Shown here: piece by piece, positions 38,041-51,847 of the stretch
Layout of the letters: each line of letters opens with the position of its first letter
How positions within the stretch are numbered: position 1 is the first letter of the stretch
Assembly (NCBI RefSeq): GCF_009914755.1
Contig: NC_060930.1
Source: the human T2T-CHM13v2.0 reference genome, Homo sapiens
Length of the DNA stretch: 64,000 bases
Direction: 5' to 3' (one strand)
Translations under genes and position numbers: made by a program
The notes under the pieces: model-generated
What the model saw: only the letters and a program-made list of their open reading frames with translations
Database searches by the model: none
Told to the model about the DNA's origin: nothing

Positions 38041-39719
38041 CTAGAAACCAGTAATCGGTTTATTCTTAATCTTATTTCATGACTCTAAGAGGATTTGAAC
38101 TCTTTTCCTTGAAGATTTAATTAACAATCATTTTGCATATTTGGGGCAGGAGTCTATACATTTAACTATCTGCTTTTTTGAGATCTTTGCCATTGTTATA
38201 TCCTACCATACAATTTAGTCATTTCAGAAAAGCAGTTACCTAAATAAACTCTTAACTAATTGAAAATGTGCTCTTTGTAAATGTGTATGTATACACAGAA
38301 ATTTACAATATATAATACATATCTATGCAGTATATATATATAAAGAAAAACACATTAAAATTGATTTAGCTTACAAATTATTTTAGAGTTTCTTTAAATT
38401 AAAAAAATGTGAATTTATTTTACTTATAAAAGACTCAGGAATGCATTCCCATTTGAATCGTTTTGCTTTTATCCTAAATGTTTTCTTCTCACCTAATAAA
38501 AAGGGAAGGAATGTTTTGCCAAGCTCAAGACCCATTTGGATATGCGGTTTCTAAACATCAAGCCCAAATTGAACACTTTGGAGTTTAACCTTGTTTGGTT
38601 TTAGCTAAAATGGCTTCCTGTTTCTAAGAAAGGATAAAAAAAAATTCCAAAACTCAATTGAAACGATCACAATTCTTTTCCAAAACCCAGTGGCTCACAT
38701 GACAAAACACTTTGATGAATTAAGTAGAAATGAACTGGAAAATGTAAATTAAATTCACCTGTAAAATATAGTTGGTTTTATAAATTCATAAAGGGGGTAG
38801 TAAACTGAGACAAATGTCCTTGGGAAAACGGCTGCCAGGACTTGGCCAAAGAGTGTTTGAAAAACACTGCTGCTGGAGATATTATAATGAACCCAGAATA
38901 CATGCAGTTTTTGTGTTTTTCCTTCTTATAATTTTGCTGTACTTATTCCCACAGCCAACTTCAAATGACCCCCTCCCTGGCCCCCCCACAAGAAAAAAAC
39001 AGGGCAGCTGAAAAGTTTGCTTAAACTTCTTAATACTTTTAATCCTTACTTGTTATAATTTGATTACTGAGACAGACTTTCTCTGTGGGCCTCCTATTAA
39101 ATCACTTTCAAGTTGAAACAAACCAGAAATCCTTTTAAATAACAGAGCTAGTATTCACTATAAGCTGCTCAGAATTTATACAGAAACTGTAGACTGTCTC
39201 TTCTAAAATGTTGTAAATATGCCCAGAGGCTACTGTGATGGGTTTATCCTTCCAACCTAACCAAAAATAAAATAAGTAAATGAAGTTACTTGATGTTCTG
39301 GGTTATAAAGTAGAGGACAATGTTATTCAGGCTTATATCTGATTTTATTTATTTCCATATTATTAGATATCAACATAGATAAAGTTACTTCAAATTAACA
39401 TTGTACGTAGTTTTTTCTCTATGTATTCAATAGTACGTCATTTGGTTTGATATTGTGAGGATCTGGTCCAAAATAATCTTTATATTATATATTTTAACAT
39501 GGAAAATAAACTGTTTAATCATGTTTAAATGATTTTTTCTGTCTATTTTGGGCTAGTGTCAGATCAGAATATCCAAGTTTGATACAGATCTTATGCCTCT
39601 AAGAAGCTATTTTGAATTATTCACCTGGAAGGAGTAACCCAAACTAGAAAATTTGTAACAGCTGAGGCCTACCTGCTGTTATAGGGGGATGGGATGTGGA
39701 GTGGAAAGAACAATAAGTA

Positions 39720-39890
39720 CAGTAACTCTCAACCTTTTGTGTGCATAGATATTTTCAGGAGGAACTCTTAAAAATACAGAGGCTTAGCTCCAGAGATTCA
39801 GACTCAGTAAGCTTAGAATAATGCCCAGGAATCTGCATTTTATACATGTGATACTGCAAGTTGTCTTCAGACCTTAATTTGATAAATAAC
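39720..39890. mobile_element. MER5-family hAT DNA transposon (MITE)
   Basis: cagtaactctcaacctt...cagagattcagactcagtaag...gcccaggaatctgcatttt. Confidence 0.7.
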
Positions 39891-40644
39891 TTTATTAGAA
39901 TTTTAGATGCCAGGTAAAGAATCCAAGCACAATTTGTGAACTTTAGTGGTCAGGAGAGAATTGTTTTTTGAAAAAGAAAATTATCAATTGTGCTGTAAAC
40001 AGTGGCAAATAAAAAGTTGGGACAAATAGAAGCAAAAATTATGAAAATGACAGGTAGCTTGATGTTTGAAGAAGACTGATTAAATAGAGAATGGAAGTAT
40101 GTATGGTAAACAATAAGGAGCTTACACTACTTTCACATGAAACAGAAAGAGAGATTTGTAGATATTAGTATTGAAATAGATACAGTGTTTTAAATGTCCA
40201 TGTTCACTTCACTCAGTTCTTCCAGGTATGATGTCAGACCAGCCACTACAATATCAAATTGGGCCTTTGTCCTGAGCAGCTTGCTCTGACTGCTTTATAC
40301 TTTATGTTCCTGATTTCCTGGCTTGTCACTCCATGTCTCATTTCTCTACTGACTGCTCTGGCTCTATGATTGCCATACATTGCCTTGGTCAGATCCTGCT
40401 CCCTCTATCTACCACTCCTGAACCAAGTAATACCTTGAAGAGCTAGGCCTCCTGGAACTGGAATCGAGGTTGGTCCTGTTCCTATGTGTTTACAACCACC
40501 TCTTATCTCCATTCACTGTTCCACTTCTTGTGTTGCTCCTCCGGGCATTGACTGAAGGAAAACTTTGCTTTCATGAATATGTATTATTCGCTTCCTGTTC
40601 CAGGGTCAGCCCCCTATAGCCAGGTGAGTCTCTATTGAATTTTA

Positions 40645-41080
40645 TGGTCCTCAAATTTTTATGTTCACTATAATTATCAGCAGAGTATGTTAAAAATAAG
40701 ATTGCTCAGACTAGCAGTTATGGAGAGCAAAGATTAGTGCTACCCCAGGTGTCATCCTTAGACAGGTAGCATCAGCATCACCTGGGAGCTTGTTAGGAAT
40801 GTAAATTCTTGGGTTTGACTCAAGACTTACTGAATCAGGATCTCTAGCGGTGCAGCCCAGCCATCTATGTTTTATCAAGGTAAGCCCCAGCTTAACTTAC
40901 TGATTGTGAGTGATACCAGTGCCAGCCTCTGGTACTTAATATGTAGTCTGATCTCAGACCTACTGAAACAGAACCTGTATTTTAACAATATATGTGGGCT
41001 TTCAAAAGTACTGGCCTGATAACTGTATTTTTAATAAGTTGTTTCCATGGATTTAGGCATCAGAAAGTTGGAGAACATGT
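40645..41080. mobile_element. Cluster of MER5A/MER5B fragments
   Basis: gcatcagcatcacctgggagcttgttaggaatgtaaattcttggg...gacttactgaatcagga; gacctactgaaacagaacctgtattttaacaa. Confidence 0.75.
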
Positions 41081-41859
41081 GCACTAACACATGTTCTACA
41101 ATCAAGTGTGGGGTAGTACTGTTCAGTCTCAGCTTGATGTTTCTTGAAACATTTTCTGTTTAAATATATTTGTCCTAGTGCCCCATGGTTCATAGCACCA
41201 ACTTTGGGTAATATCCATGTTTCAGAGCTGATCTGAGGCTTGACTACTTAATACCTATAAAACCTTTTGAGATCTTCTGGTAAATCCTAGGGTCAAGGAA
41301 GCATCCATATATTTGAGGCTTTGCTGTCACTGGTACTGTAATAGGTTTTTTACCATGACATTCATATAACTCCCTGCAAAGGATAAATCCACTCTCAAAT
41401 CAGGTTCTACGACAAAAGAAATAAACCAAAAAAACAGAAATAAAACAACACTAAGCCTATACCCACCTGTCTCCCCCAAAAGTCGGTTAAGAACCAATGA
41501 AGTGTTCATATATATTCTTTCATTATTCATTCAAACTAAATATTCAAACTGAATATTCATTCAAACTATCTTGCTCTAACCAAGAAGCTCTGCTGTTTGC
41601 CATGTCTTATCTGCCATTACCATAAATTCCCAAGCATGAACTATAATTTCTGAATAATGGGTCAACTGATGCCATGTTGTCTTTAGAGATATTAATACAA
41701 ATATTTACTTCACAATGTATGTAAAAAAACAAACCTTCTTTGATCTCTTTTAAAGATATCTAAACCTTTTATTACATTTTCTTAAAAACAGAAATGAGAC
41801 CAAATATACTCCACCTCCACTGGATGCTGTTTGGATGAGTAGACATATTCATTTCATTA

Positions 41860-42056
41860 GAGATGATATTAAAATCATAACCCTTATCACACCATCTACC
41901 TTGTAATGTAATTACTTGTGCATGTATCTATTTTCCCACTAAATTTTTAGCCTCTAGAGAACAAAGACTGGGACTTATTTATATTTGAAATTCCCACAGT
42001 GCCTAGTGGTGCCTTGCAAAACCTTGACAAATATTTACAGAATGAAAAAATGAATG
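41860..42056. mobile_element. L2 3' end
   Basis: ccactaaatttttagcctctagagaacaaagactg...cccacagtgcctag...aaatatttacagaatgaa. Confidence 0.65.
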
Positions 42057-42869
42057 ATCTCCTTACTCCTTCCTAATACTGGAAATTGGTTCATTCTGTG
42101 TCTCTTTAGTGTATTGCTAACCAAACTTCTGGCTAACCAGTAAGACAACTCAGAGCTCAAATCTTAAGAAGCTACTTGACTGCTGTGACAGGGACCAATT
42201 AATCTCTGCAGATTTACCCATTTTCTCTGCTCTGTCAGAATAGACTGTGGATTAGGTGAAACTAGTAAATAGCTTCACAAAGAAAATAACTAATGTTGAT
42301 TTTTATCGCCAGTACAAACATAGCCTTCTCAACTCTTAAAATTAATGACCTAAAAACCTCATAATAATTTCCTATCCATCAAGCCTTCTATAAATATCCT
42401 TGCTCACAACATAGGGAATAGTACAGAAATACTGAAAATAATTATGCCAACTAATCTTTGGGAAAGGGTAAACTAAAAGAAAATGACCTTAGTTAAACAA
42501 TAGGAAATTGCAGTTTTGTAGGTGAAAAATGATTGAATATTAACAATTTCCTATGTTTCAACTTAATAGCTTTTTGCACTTCCCAAGCACATTGTATTTG
42601 AAATTTCCACAGTGCCCAGCAATGTCTTTCAAGTAAAAGTAGTTCTTTCAAGTAAAAGATTCAATTTCTGTCAACTCCAACTGTTCAGAAGATGCATGAG
42701 TTTTGTAAACCAAGGTTTAAAGACACTGATAGTTAAAAGCTCTGTGGATTAAAAATTGAGTTCTGCTTTTATTTGTTTTCTAATAAAAAGTTTCAAGATA
42801 AGACCAAATGGAAATTGGAATATTTTGCTATATCTTCTATGTTGTAGTTGTTAAACAATATGTATTAAA

Positions 42870-43160
42870 TCACTTTCGGCATTTGTTAAAATGTAAATGT
42901 GTAAGACTGACTTACTGAATCAGAATCTTGGGGTAAAGCTCCTGAAGTCATAATTTTTACTAAGTATTAAAGATGAATCTTATCATACCAAATCTGGTGA
43001 GAAACACTGAATTATACAGCAACCTTTCCATGGATGAGATAATTGAAGTCTGAAGACATTAAGTGATATATTCTGATGTCATACAACCAGTAAGTACTAG
43101 AGTTGGTTGTCTCATTCAGGCCTTTTGATTCATAGTTCCATTTTTTCTTCTACCACATGA
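42870..43160. mobile_element. MER5A fragment (~42870-43010) followed by MIR (~43015-43160)
   Basis: ttgttaaaatgtaaat...gacttactgaatcagaatct...gagaaacactg; then gatgagataattgaagtctgaagacattaagtga. Confidence 0.55.
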
Positions 43161-43809
43161 ACTGAACAGAAAAAAGCTTTTTGACTTATTAATTTTTTAG
43201 ATATCCTTTGCTTTTTTTTCATTTTATTGCATTTGTTACACTCTGAAAATGAGAAGCAACTCATGGAAAGGCATGCTCATGTAGCTATTTTTCCTGTAAA
43301 GGCATGAATTTTCCACAGTATTATTCAAGCTTGCTTACTATTAGATTTACAGAATGTTATATATTAATTTACATAATCCACTTTGTAGTTTTAGTGGCTG
43401 CATCTAACAATTGTCAAATTTATTTTTCTCCTTATAGGTAAGGAGAAAATCTTATAGGTAAATTTTAGAAAAATTAACAATACAACATTTAACCTAGAAA
43501 GTTTTAATGGTGAATTCCCATTGTCAGTGAATGAATAATCCATGTTATTTGAACTTCAGAAAAATGAGATATATAAAAAACAGTATATAAAGCTGCCACA
43601 ATTCTATGTAACCCAGAAGAAAAAGAAGAAAACTATGGAAGCAATTATACTTATGAGTATAAATGCAAAATTTCTAATTAACATATTAGTAATTCTGTTT
43701 CAGCAAATATTAAGGGAATAGTGCACCAACTTTGAATGGGATTAATATTAGGAGTATAGTCAAAGTTAAATATTAGAAATTTTTCTACATCTTTATTTTA
43801 AAATTTAAT

Positions 43810-45725
43810 GGATTCTGCTTTGGGGCAGAATAGAGTAGGCACACCCTACCTGTCTCTCCCACTGATTGCAACTATAAAACTTTGACAGAATGCATGGAAA
43901 ATAATTGAGTACTCAGAATGAAATATTAGCAAGCAGAGTAGGGAAGAAGACTAGAATTCAGTATACCAAGAAAAAGCCTACAGGTTTATCATTTTTCTCC
44001 CATTGGTGTTCTCTGGCCTGAACGTACATCCTGAAACCTGGATTTGGGCATATGTGAAGAAAGAGAGATCTCTAGGAAAAGCCCTCTAGTTCCAGCTCGA
44101 GGAAAAGGAAATTAAACTTCTTAATCTCAGAAAGATAATATAAGATTCTTGAGTTATTTTTTCTCTATTTTCCTGCACACTGGTCCCCAAGCAAGCTTGT
44201 AGGGTGGATAAAGAAGCTTCAATGGGAACCTGCAAGGAGACTAAATTTGGGAGAGAGGAAACCTTCTGATCAGTGGAGGCATGACCTCCAAGATGGTGGG
44301 ATAAACACCCTCCTCCCCTCTTGCTCTCTTCTCCCCTTTCCTCTTGCCACTTAGCTCTACATATGGGTTCAGTCACACAAGTGTGTGACAGGAGTAAATA
44401 AAATTTCAGCTTTTTGGTAGGAGGTATGAAAACTGGAGCCCAAGAAATTTGGTTAGTATTGTGGCAATCATGGGGAGGATGGAGCTCAGGGAAATGAGTC
44501 CACAAATAGAAAATTAATTCCTGAGCTCATCTTTGAGATGCACATGTGTGGATCTGATCCTAATAACTATACGAAAGACTTTCAGACATGAATTAACCAA
44601 TAGACCCCCCACCCAGGTCATAGACTGATACTGGTTGGTGCACATGTGGAACAGGTACAAATAGAAATGCAAAGGCTTTGACAACTGAAGTGACATTGAA
44701 ATCATAGACTGCAGAAGATGGGTTAGAACTTACAGCCTAAACTTACCCAAATTGATTTCCTACTGAAAGGAGAATATCAACATTTTCAATGAGATTTAAG
44801 TAGGACCTACTATCTCATAGTGTATTATTCAAAACATCCAGGATTTAATTCAAAATAACGTGATATATGAGAAAATAAGAATATTTCAACTTGCATAGAG
44901 AAGAACTGAGATTCCAGAACAAATGACACAGGTGTTGGAATCATCGGACAGAAATTTAAACATCTTATTGTAGAAATGCTACAGCAAGCAATTGCAAACA
45001 CTTCTGCAATGAATGTAAAAATAGAAGATTTTACAAAAGAAATAGAAGATATACAGGAGAACGTATTAGAAATTTAAGAGCTGAGAAAAGAGTAGCAACA
45101 ACAACAAACCAAACCAAATTCTCACTGAATGGGGTCAAGAGCAGAATAAAGATGACAGATGAGAGTAAGTGGACTTGAAAATGGGTCAATAGGAATTATA
45201 TAAGTAGAACAACAGAGGAAAAAGATATTTTTAAAAACTAAGAGCAGCCCCAGGAACCTGTGGAGCAATGATAAAATATCTAAAATTCATGCTATCAGAG
45301 TGCCAAAGAGAGAAAAAGTGCAGTACTGAAAAAAACTTTTTGAAAATAATGTCTAAAAAATTATCAAGTTTGGCAAATGACATAAACTTAGAGACTTAAA
45401 TTTAGGCAACCTCAAGCATGATGAAGCCAAATAAATCCATGACCAGACACATCATAATCAAGCTGATGAAAGCTAAAGACAAAGAAAAATTATTAAAATA
45501 ATCCAGACAAAAATGATCCATTACTTATAGAGGAACAATGATTTGACTTTCTGTAATTTCTCGTCAGACACATGACAGGCCATAAAGAAGTGGGACCACA
45601 TATTTAAAGTGCTAAAAGAAAGTAAAGAAAATTATTGTCAACTCAAACTCTTTATTCAGCAAAAACTTCCTTCAGATATGAAATTACAGTAAAATAGACA
45701 TTCTCAGATGAAGGGAAACTAAGGG
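43810..45725 (+). mobile_element. Old L1M 5' region and ORF1
   Basis: ORF1 motifs ccccaggaacctgtgg, ccagacacatcataatcaagctg, gacattctcagatgaagggaaactaag. Confidence 0.75.
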
Positions 45726-48700
45726 ATGGAGAGAAAGCAAGCAACTTGGAAAACATATTTGAAGATATCATTCATAAAAATTTCCCCAACCTTGCTAGAG
45801 AGGCCAACATTCAAATTCAGGAAATGCAGACAACCCCTGTGATATAATATAGGAGATGACCATCCCCCAGACACATAGTCATCAGATTCCCCAAGGCTGA
45901 AATGAAGGAAAAAATGTTAAAGGCAGATAGAGAGAAGGGGCAGGTAACCTACAAAGGGAACCCCCTTCATGCTAACCACGGACCTTTCAGCAGAAATCCT
46001 ATAAGTCACAGGAGATTGAGAACCTATGTTGAGAATTCTTAAGAAATTTCATTCAAGAATTTCAAATCCAGCCAAACTAAGCTTCATAAGGGCAGGAGAA
46101 ATAAGATCCTTTTTAGACAAGCAAGTGCTAAGGGAATTTTCTACCACTATACCTGCCTTGCAAGATGTCCTTAAGGGAGTGCTAAATATGGAACAGAAAG
46201 ATTCCTACTGGTCACCACAAAAACACACTTAAGTACATAGACCAGTGACACTATAAAGCAATCACACAAATAAGTCAGCATAATAACCAGGTAATGATAT
46301 GAGGACAAGATCAAATCTGCACATATTAATATTAAGCTTAAATATAAATGGGCTAAATGGCTTAATTAAAGGGCACATATTGGAAGGCTGGATAAAGAAG
46401 CAAGACCTGATGATATGCTGTCTTCAAGTGATCCATGTTACAAGCAATGACACCCATAGGTGCAGGGTAAAAGCATGAAGAAAAATCAGCCAAGCAAAGA
46501 GAAAACAGAAAAAAGCAAGGGTTGTAAGTCTAACTTCAGAAAAAACAGACTTTAAACTGGCAAAGATCAAAACAAAACAAAAAACAACAACATAAAGAAG
46601 GGCACTACATAATGGTAAAGGGTTCAATTCAACAAGAAGACCTAACTATCCTGAATATATATGCATGAGCACAGGAGCATCTAAATTCATAAAGCAAGCT
46701 CTTAGAGCCCTACAAAGAGACTTAGATAACCACACAATAATAGTGGGAGACTTCAACACCCCACTGACAGTATTAGGTACATCATCAAAGCAGAAAACTA
46801 ACACAGATATTTGGGACCAGAGCTTGAAACCTGACCAAATGGGCCTAATAGACATCTATAGAACTCTCTACCCCAAACCAACAGAATATAGATTCTTCTC
46901 ATGTGCACATGGCACATACTCTAAAATTGACACATGATCAGCCATAAAACAGTCCTCAGCAAATTCAAAAACACTGAAATCATACCAAACACACTCTCAG
47001 ACCACAGCTTAATAAAAATAGAAATTAATACTAAGAAAATTGCTCAAAATCCTAGAATTACATGTAAATCGAACAATCTGCTTCTGAATGACTTTTGAGT
47101 AAACAATGCAATTAAGAGAGAAATCAAGACATTCTTTGAAATTAATGAGAACAAAGGTACAACATACCAGAATCTCAGGGACACAGCTAACGCAACATTA
47201 AGAGGAAAGTTTGTGGCACTTTATGCCTATATCAAAAAAGTTAGAAAGATCTCTAATTAATAACCTAACGTTACACCTACAGGAATGAGAGAAACAAGAG
47301 GAAAACAATCCCAAACCTAGTAGAAGAAAAGAAACAATCAGAATCAGAGCTAAACTGAAGGAAATTGAGACACAAACAGATCATACAAAAGTTCAATGAA
47401 TCCATGAGTTGGTTTTTTGATAAAATAAATAAGATTGATAGACCACTAGCTAGACAAATAAAAAAAGAAAGAAGATCCAAATAAATGCAATTATAAATGA
47501 CAAAGAGGACATTACTACTGACCCCACAGAAATAAAAAAAACCCCTCAAAAGTACTATGAACACCTTTAGGCACACACATTTGAAAACCTAGAAGAAATG
47601 ATAAATTCCTGGAAACATACAACCTCCCAAGATTAAACCAGGAAGAAATTCAATCCCTGAACAGACCAATAACGAGTTCCAAAATTGAATCAGTCGTTAG
47701 AAAGTCTACCAACCAGAAAAACCCCAGGACCAAATGGATTTACAGCCAAATTCTAGTGGATGTATAAACAAAAGCTGGTACCATTCCTATTGAAACTATT
47801 CTAAAAAATTGAGGCATGACTTCTCCCTAACTCATTTTATAAGGCTAGCATCATCCTGATACTTAAACCTGGCAGAGACATAAAAAAAATCAGGAGAATA
47901 TTCTTGATAAATATAGATGCAAAATTTCTCAACAAAATACTAGCAAACTGAATCCAGCAGCACATCAAAAAGCTAATCCACCATGATCAAGTAGGTGGAT
48001 TTGCGTCACTTTACTCTTGTGATGCAAAGTGTTTCAACATATGCAAATCAATAAATGTAATTAATCACATAACAGAACTAAAACCAAAAACCACACAATC
48101 ATCTCAATAGACATAGAAAAGGCTTTTGATAACATTCAACATCAATTTATGTTAAAACCCCTAAACAAACTAGGTATTGAAGCAACACACCTCAAAATAA
48201 CAAGAGCCATCTATGACAAACCTACAGCCAGTATCATACTGAGTGGGGAAAAGCTGGAAGCATTCCCCTTGAAAATCAGCACAAGATAAGGATGCCCACT
48301 TTCACCACTCCTCTTCAACATAGTAATGGAAGTCAAAGCCAGGGCAATCAGGCGAGAGAAAGAAAGAAAAGCATCCAAATAGAAAGAGAAGAAGTAAAAC
48401 TATCTCTTTTTGCAGATGACATGAATCTATATCTAGAAAACCCCATAGTTTCTGCCCTGAAACTCCTAGATCTGATTAAAAAAAACTTCAGCAAAGGTTT
48501 TGGATACAAAATTAATATACAAAAATTAGTAGCATTTCTATATGCCTACAGTGTCCTAGCTGAGAGTCAATCAAGAATGCAACCTCATTTACAACAGCCA
48601 CAAAAATTAGGAATATATCTAACGAGGGGGGGCAAAAGATGTCTACAATGAGAATTACAAAACTCTTCTCAAAGAAATCAGAGATAACACAAAGAAATGA

Positions 48701-50181
48701 AAATCATTTTATACTCATGGATAGAATCAATATTGTTAAAATGGCCATATTTCCCAAAGCAATCTACAGATTCAATCCTATTCCTATCAAACTATGAATG
48801 GGATTCTTCACATAATTAGTAAAAACTTTTAAATTCATATACTACCAAAAAAGAGCTTGAATAGCCAAGGCATTCCTAAGCAAAACATACAAAGATGGAA
48901 GTGTCATGTTACCTGACTTCAAACTATACTGCAAGGCTACAGTAACCAAAAACACATAATAGTAGCACAAAAACAGACACATAGGCCAATGGAACAGAAT
49001 AGCGTGCCCAGAAATGAGGACACACGCTTACACCCATCTGATCTTTGACAGAGTCAACAAAAACAAACAATGAGGAAACAATTCCCTTTTCAATAAATGG
49101 TGCTAGGGTAACTGGCTAGCCATATGCAGAAGATTGAAACTGGACCTCTACCTTACATCATACACAAAAATCATCTTGTGATACATTAAATATTTAAATG
49201 TTAAACCAAAACCATTAAAATCCTGGAAGATAACCTAGGAAATACCATTCTGGACATAGACCCTGACAAAGATTTCATGATGAAGACACCAAAAGCAATT
49301 GCACCCAAAACAAAAATTGACAAATAGGACCAATCAAACTAAAGAGCTTCTGCACAGCAAAATAAACTATCAACAGAGTAAACACACAACCTACAGAATG
49401 GGAGAAAATATGCAAACTATGCAACCATCAAAGGTCTAATATCCAATAGCTATAAGGAACTGAAACAAATTAACAAGCAAAAAACAACCCCATTAAATAT
49501 GGGCAAAGGACATGAACAGACACTTTCAAAAGAAGACATACCTGTGGCCTACAGGCACATGAAAACATGCTATACACCACTAATTTGAGAAATGCAAATG
49601 AAAACCACAAACGTGATACCATCTCACACCAGTCAGAATGGCTGCTATTAAAAATCAAAAAAATAATGGATGCTGGCAAGGTTGCAAAGAAAAAGGAATG
49701 TTTATACACTGCTGGTGGTAATGTAAATTAGTTCAGCCATTGTGGAAAGTAATGTAGCGATCTCCAAAAACTGAAAAAAAAATTGCTATTTGACCCAGCA
49801 ATTCCATTATTGGGTATATACCAATATGGGAGTATATACCAATAAAGGAATAGAAATCATTCTCTTATAAAGACATATGCACATGTATGTTCATTGCAGC
49901 ACTATTCACAATAGCAAAGACATAGAATTGACCTTAATGCCCACCAATAGTAGACTGAATAAAGAAAATGTGGTACATATACACCATAGAATACTATGCA
50001 GCCTTAAAAATGAACGAGATCACGTCTTTGCAGCAACATGAATGGAACTGGAGGCCATTATCCTAAACAAACTAACGCGGGAGCAGAAAACCAAATACTG
50101 TATGTTCACATTTATGAATAGGAGCCAAACACTGATTACACATGAACACAAACAAGGGAACAACAGACACTGGGGCCTACT
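45726..50181 (+). mobile_element. L1PA13-16/L1PB-like element: ORF1 3' half, disrupted ORF2 from ~46300, and truncated 3'UTR
   Basis: ORF1 peptide ISNPAKLSF; endonuclease motif IIVGDFNTPL; RT motif KLSLFADDM (~48398-48423); many stops and frameshifts; no poly(A). Confidence 0.93.
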
Positions 50182-50199
50182 GTAATCATTCTGCTAATA

Positions 50200-50550
50200 G
50201 CAAGATCTAGCACTCAGAAGAGGCTTTATCAGCGTCATGACATCTCTATATTATTGTGTCTGATCAGGGAACTCATTTTACAGGAAAGCAAGTACAGCAA
50301 TGAGCTCATGTCTATGAAATTAACTGGTATTATCACTAAAACCACCGCTTGGTATTGACTGGCCTAATGGAAAAGCAAAATGGCTTATTGAAGACTCAGG
50401 GCATTGGTAGGAACACAACACTCTGAAAGGATGGGGTTCTCTCTTACAAGAGGCAATATACACTTTAACTCACAGATCATTCTATGATATAGTCCCCCTC
50501 ATGGTAGAAGTATTTGGGTCCTAGAATCAATAATGGAAGTACCATCCAAT
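50200..50550 (+). mobile_element. ERVL-class internal (integrase) fragment without LTRs
   Basis: tctgatcagggaactcattttacagga... translates SDQGTHFTGKQVQQ*AH, followed by GLMEKQNGLLKTQ, matching the ERVL integrase D..E core. Confidence 0.8.
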
Positions 50551-50559
50551 AATCTAAAC

Positions 50560-51210
50560 TTCATGCATGGGACTCTCTGTTTATCACCATCATCTTTCTA
50601 GCTCTCACCTTCTAGAATCTTTATCTCAACTTACTTTTGACTTCATTGAGAATGCCAGTCTATATTATCATCTCACTGTCTTCTATTTCTTCTATTGAGC
50701 TTACACTTTCTGGTCAATGATAATCATTTCCTTGGGTATACTTTTGGCTTTCTTTCGCTTGTTTTACTTTCCTCTTCTGGCATAACTGAACTCCTGTTTT
50801 AATCCAATTCTCCACCCATTTCCCATCAGCACATGTACAGCTGAATGTGGCTGGATAAAAATATAAAATTATTCTGAGCGATCTCAGGATAATTCATGGC
50901 TATGATCCTCAAAGGGGATCTTACTGCTTTTAGGCAATCATACTATATGTCCCCAGTCAAACTGCTCTCTCACTCTTCCCCCAAAATATTTCATATATTC
51001 CCCTCTCTCCTCAAACCACAGCATTTCTTCTTCCTGTTTTTATTCAACTTTATAATTTACTGAGAATATTGAAACAATTAAATGAGAATTTTTCCAGGCT
51101 TCTACCACCACATCTGCCATTTATTAGCATCGATGCTTTTTCTACCAGCCTGTTACCATAGGTGAGCTTTCCATGCCCATATTTAAGGGTAATTTCTCTG
51201 TTTGTGTACT
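50560..51210. mobile_element. L2 fragment
   Basis: gcagctgaatgtggctgg-like motif (acagctgaatgtggctggataaaa), ctctctcctcaaacc, ttactgagaatattgaaacaatt. Confidence 0.6.
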
Positions 51211-51847
51211 GAGGAAGAAAATAATGAATTTTCAGGACGACACTGAGAATCTTAGTAGAATCAACCTACTGAGAGAATAAATTTGCTTATAATGAATACT
51301 TATTAATGGCATTACCTATATCATGATAGAAAGGAGGTCTGCCTGGAGAAAGGAGTCATCATCAGTTTGAAACAATTATTAAAGACAACTACATGTAGTA
51401 ATGTAGTTTTTGAAGATTTTAAGTAACAGATCTTGATGTCTCAGGGAATTAGAATAATAATAAAATGTACCTTATATGTCTTGCTTAATTTTACATTCTC
51501 AGATCCCTTTTGGTCTGTGTAGGAGGTAATAAATGATGTATTTTCCTTACCTGTGTGAAAACCTGCCTACAGTTTCTTCATGGACCAGTAAAACTAAGTT
51601 CTCTAGGGTGTTTTCTCTGATTATTCTAGTATGTAGTCATCTTCATTGTGTCTAAATTTCAAGTTTTATTATCTGTACCATAATTTTTATCACATTTATA
51701 AATAGTCTTTCATTGCTATTTAATTATTTTGTATCTCACCTCCAAATGCCTATTTCTGTTCTGATTTTCATTGATCCAATGCTAATGGATTTTTTTAGCT
51801 TCTCTGTGACCTGCTATTCTCCATTCCGATTTTTGATCATTACATGA

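Noticed and set aside
46026-48651. Endonuclease and reverse-transcriptase ORFs as an active or novel RT system
   Set aside because: Ordinary decayed L1 ORF1/ORF2 with many stops
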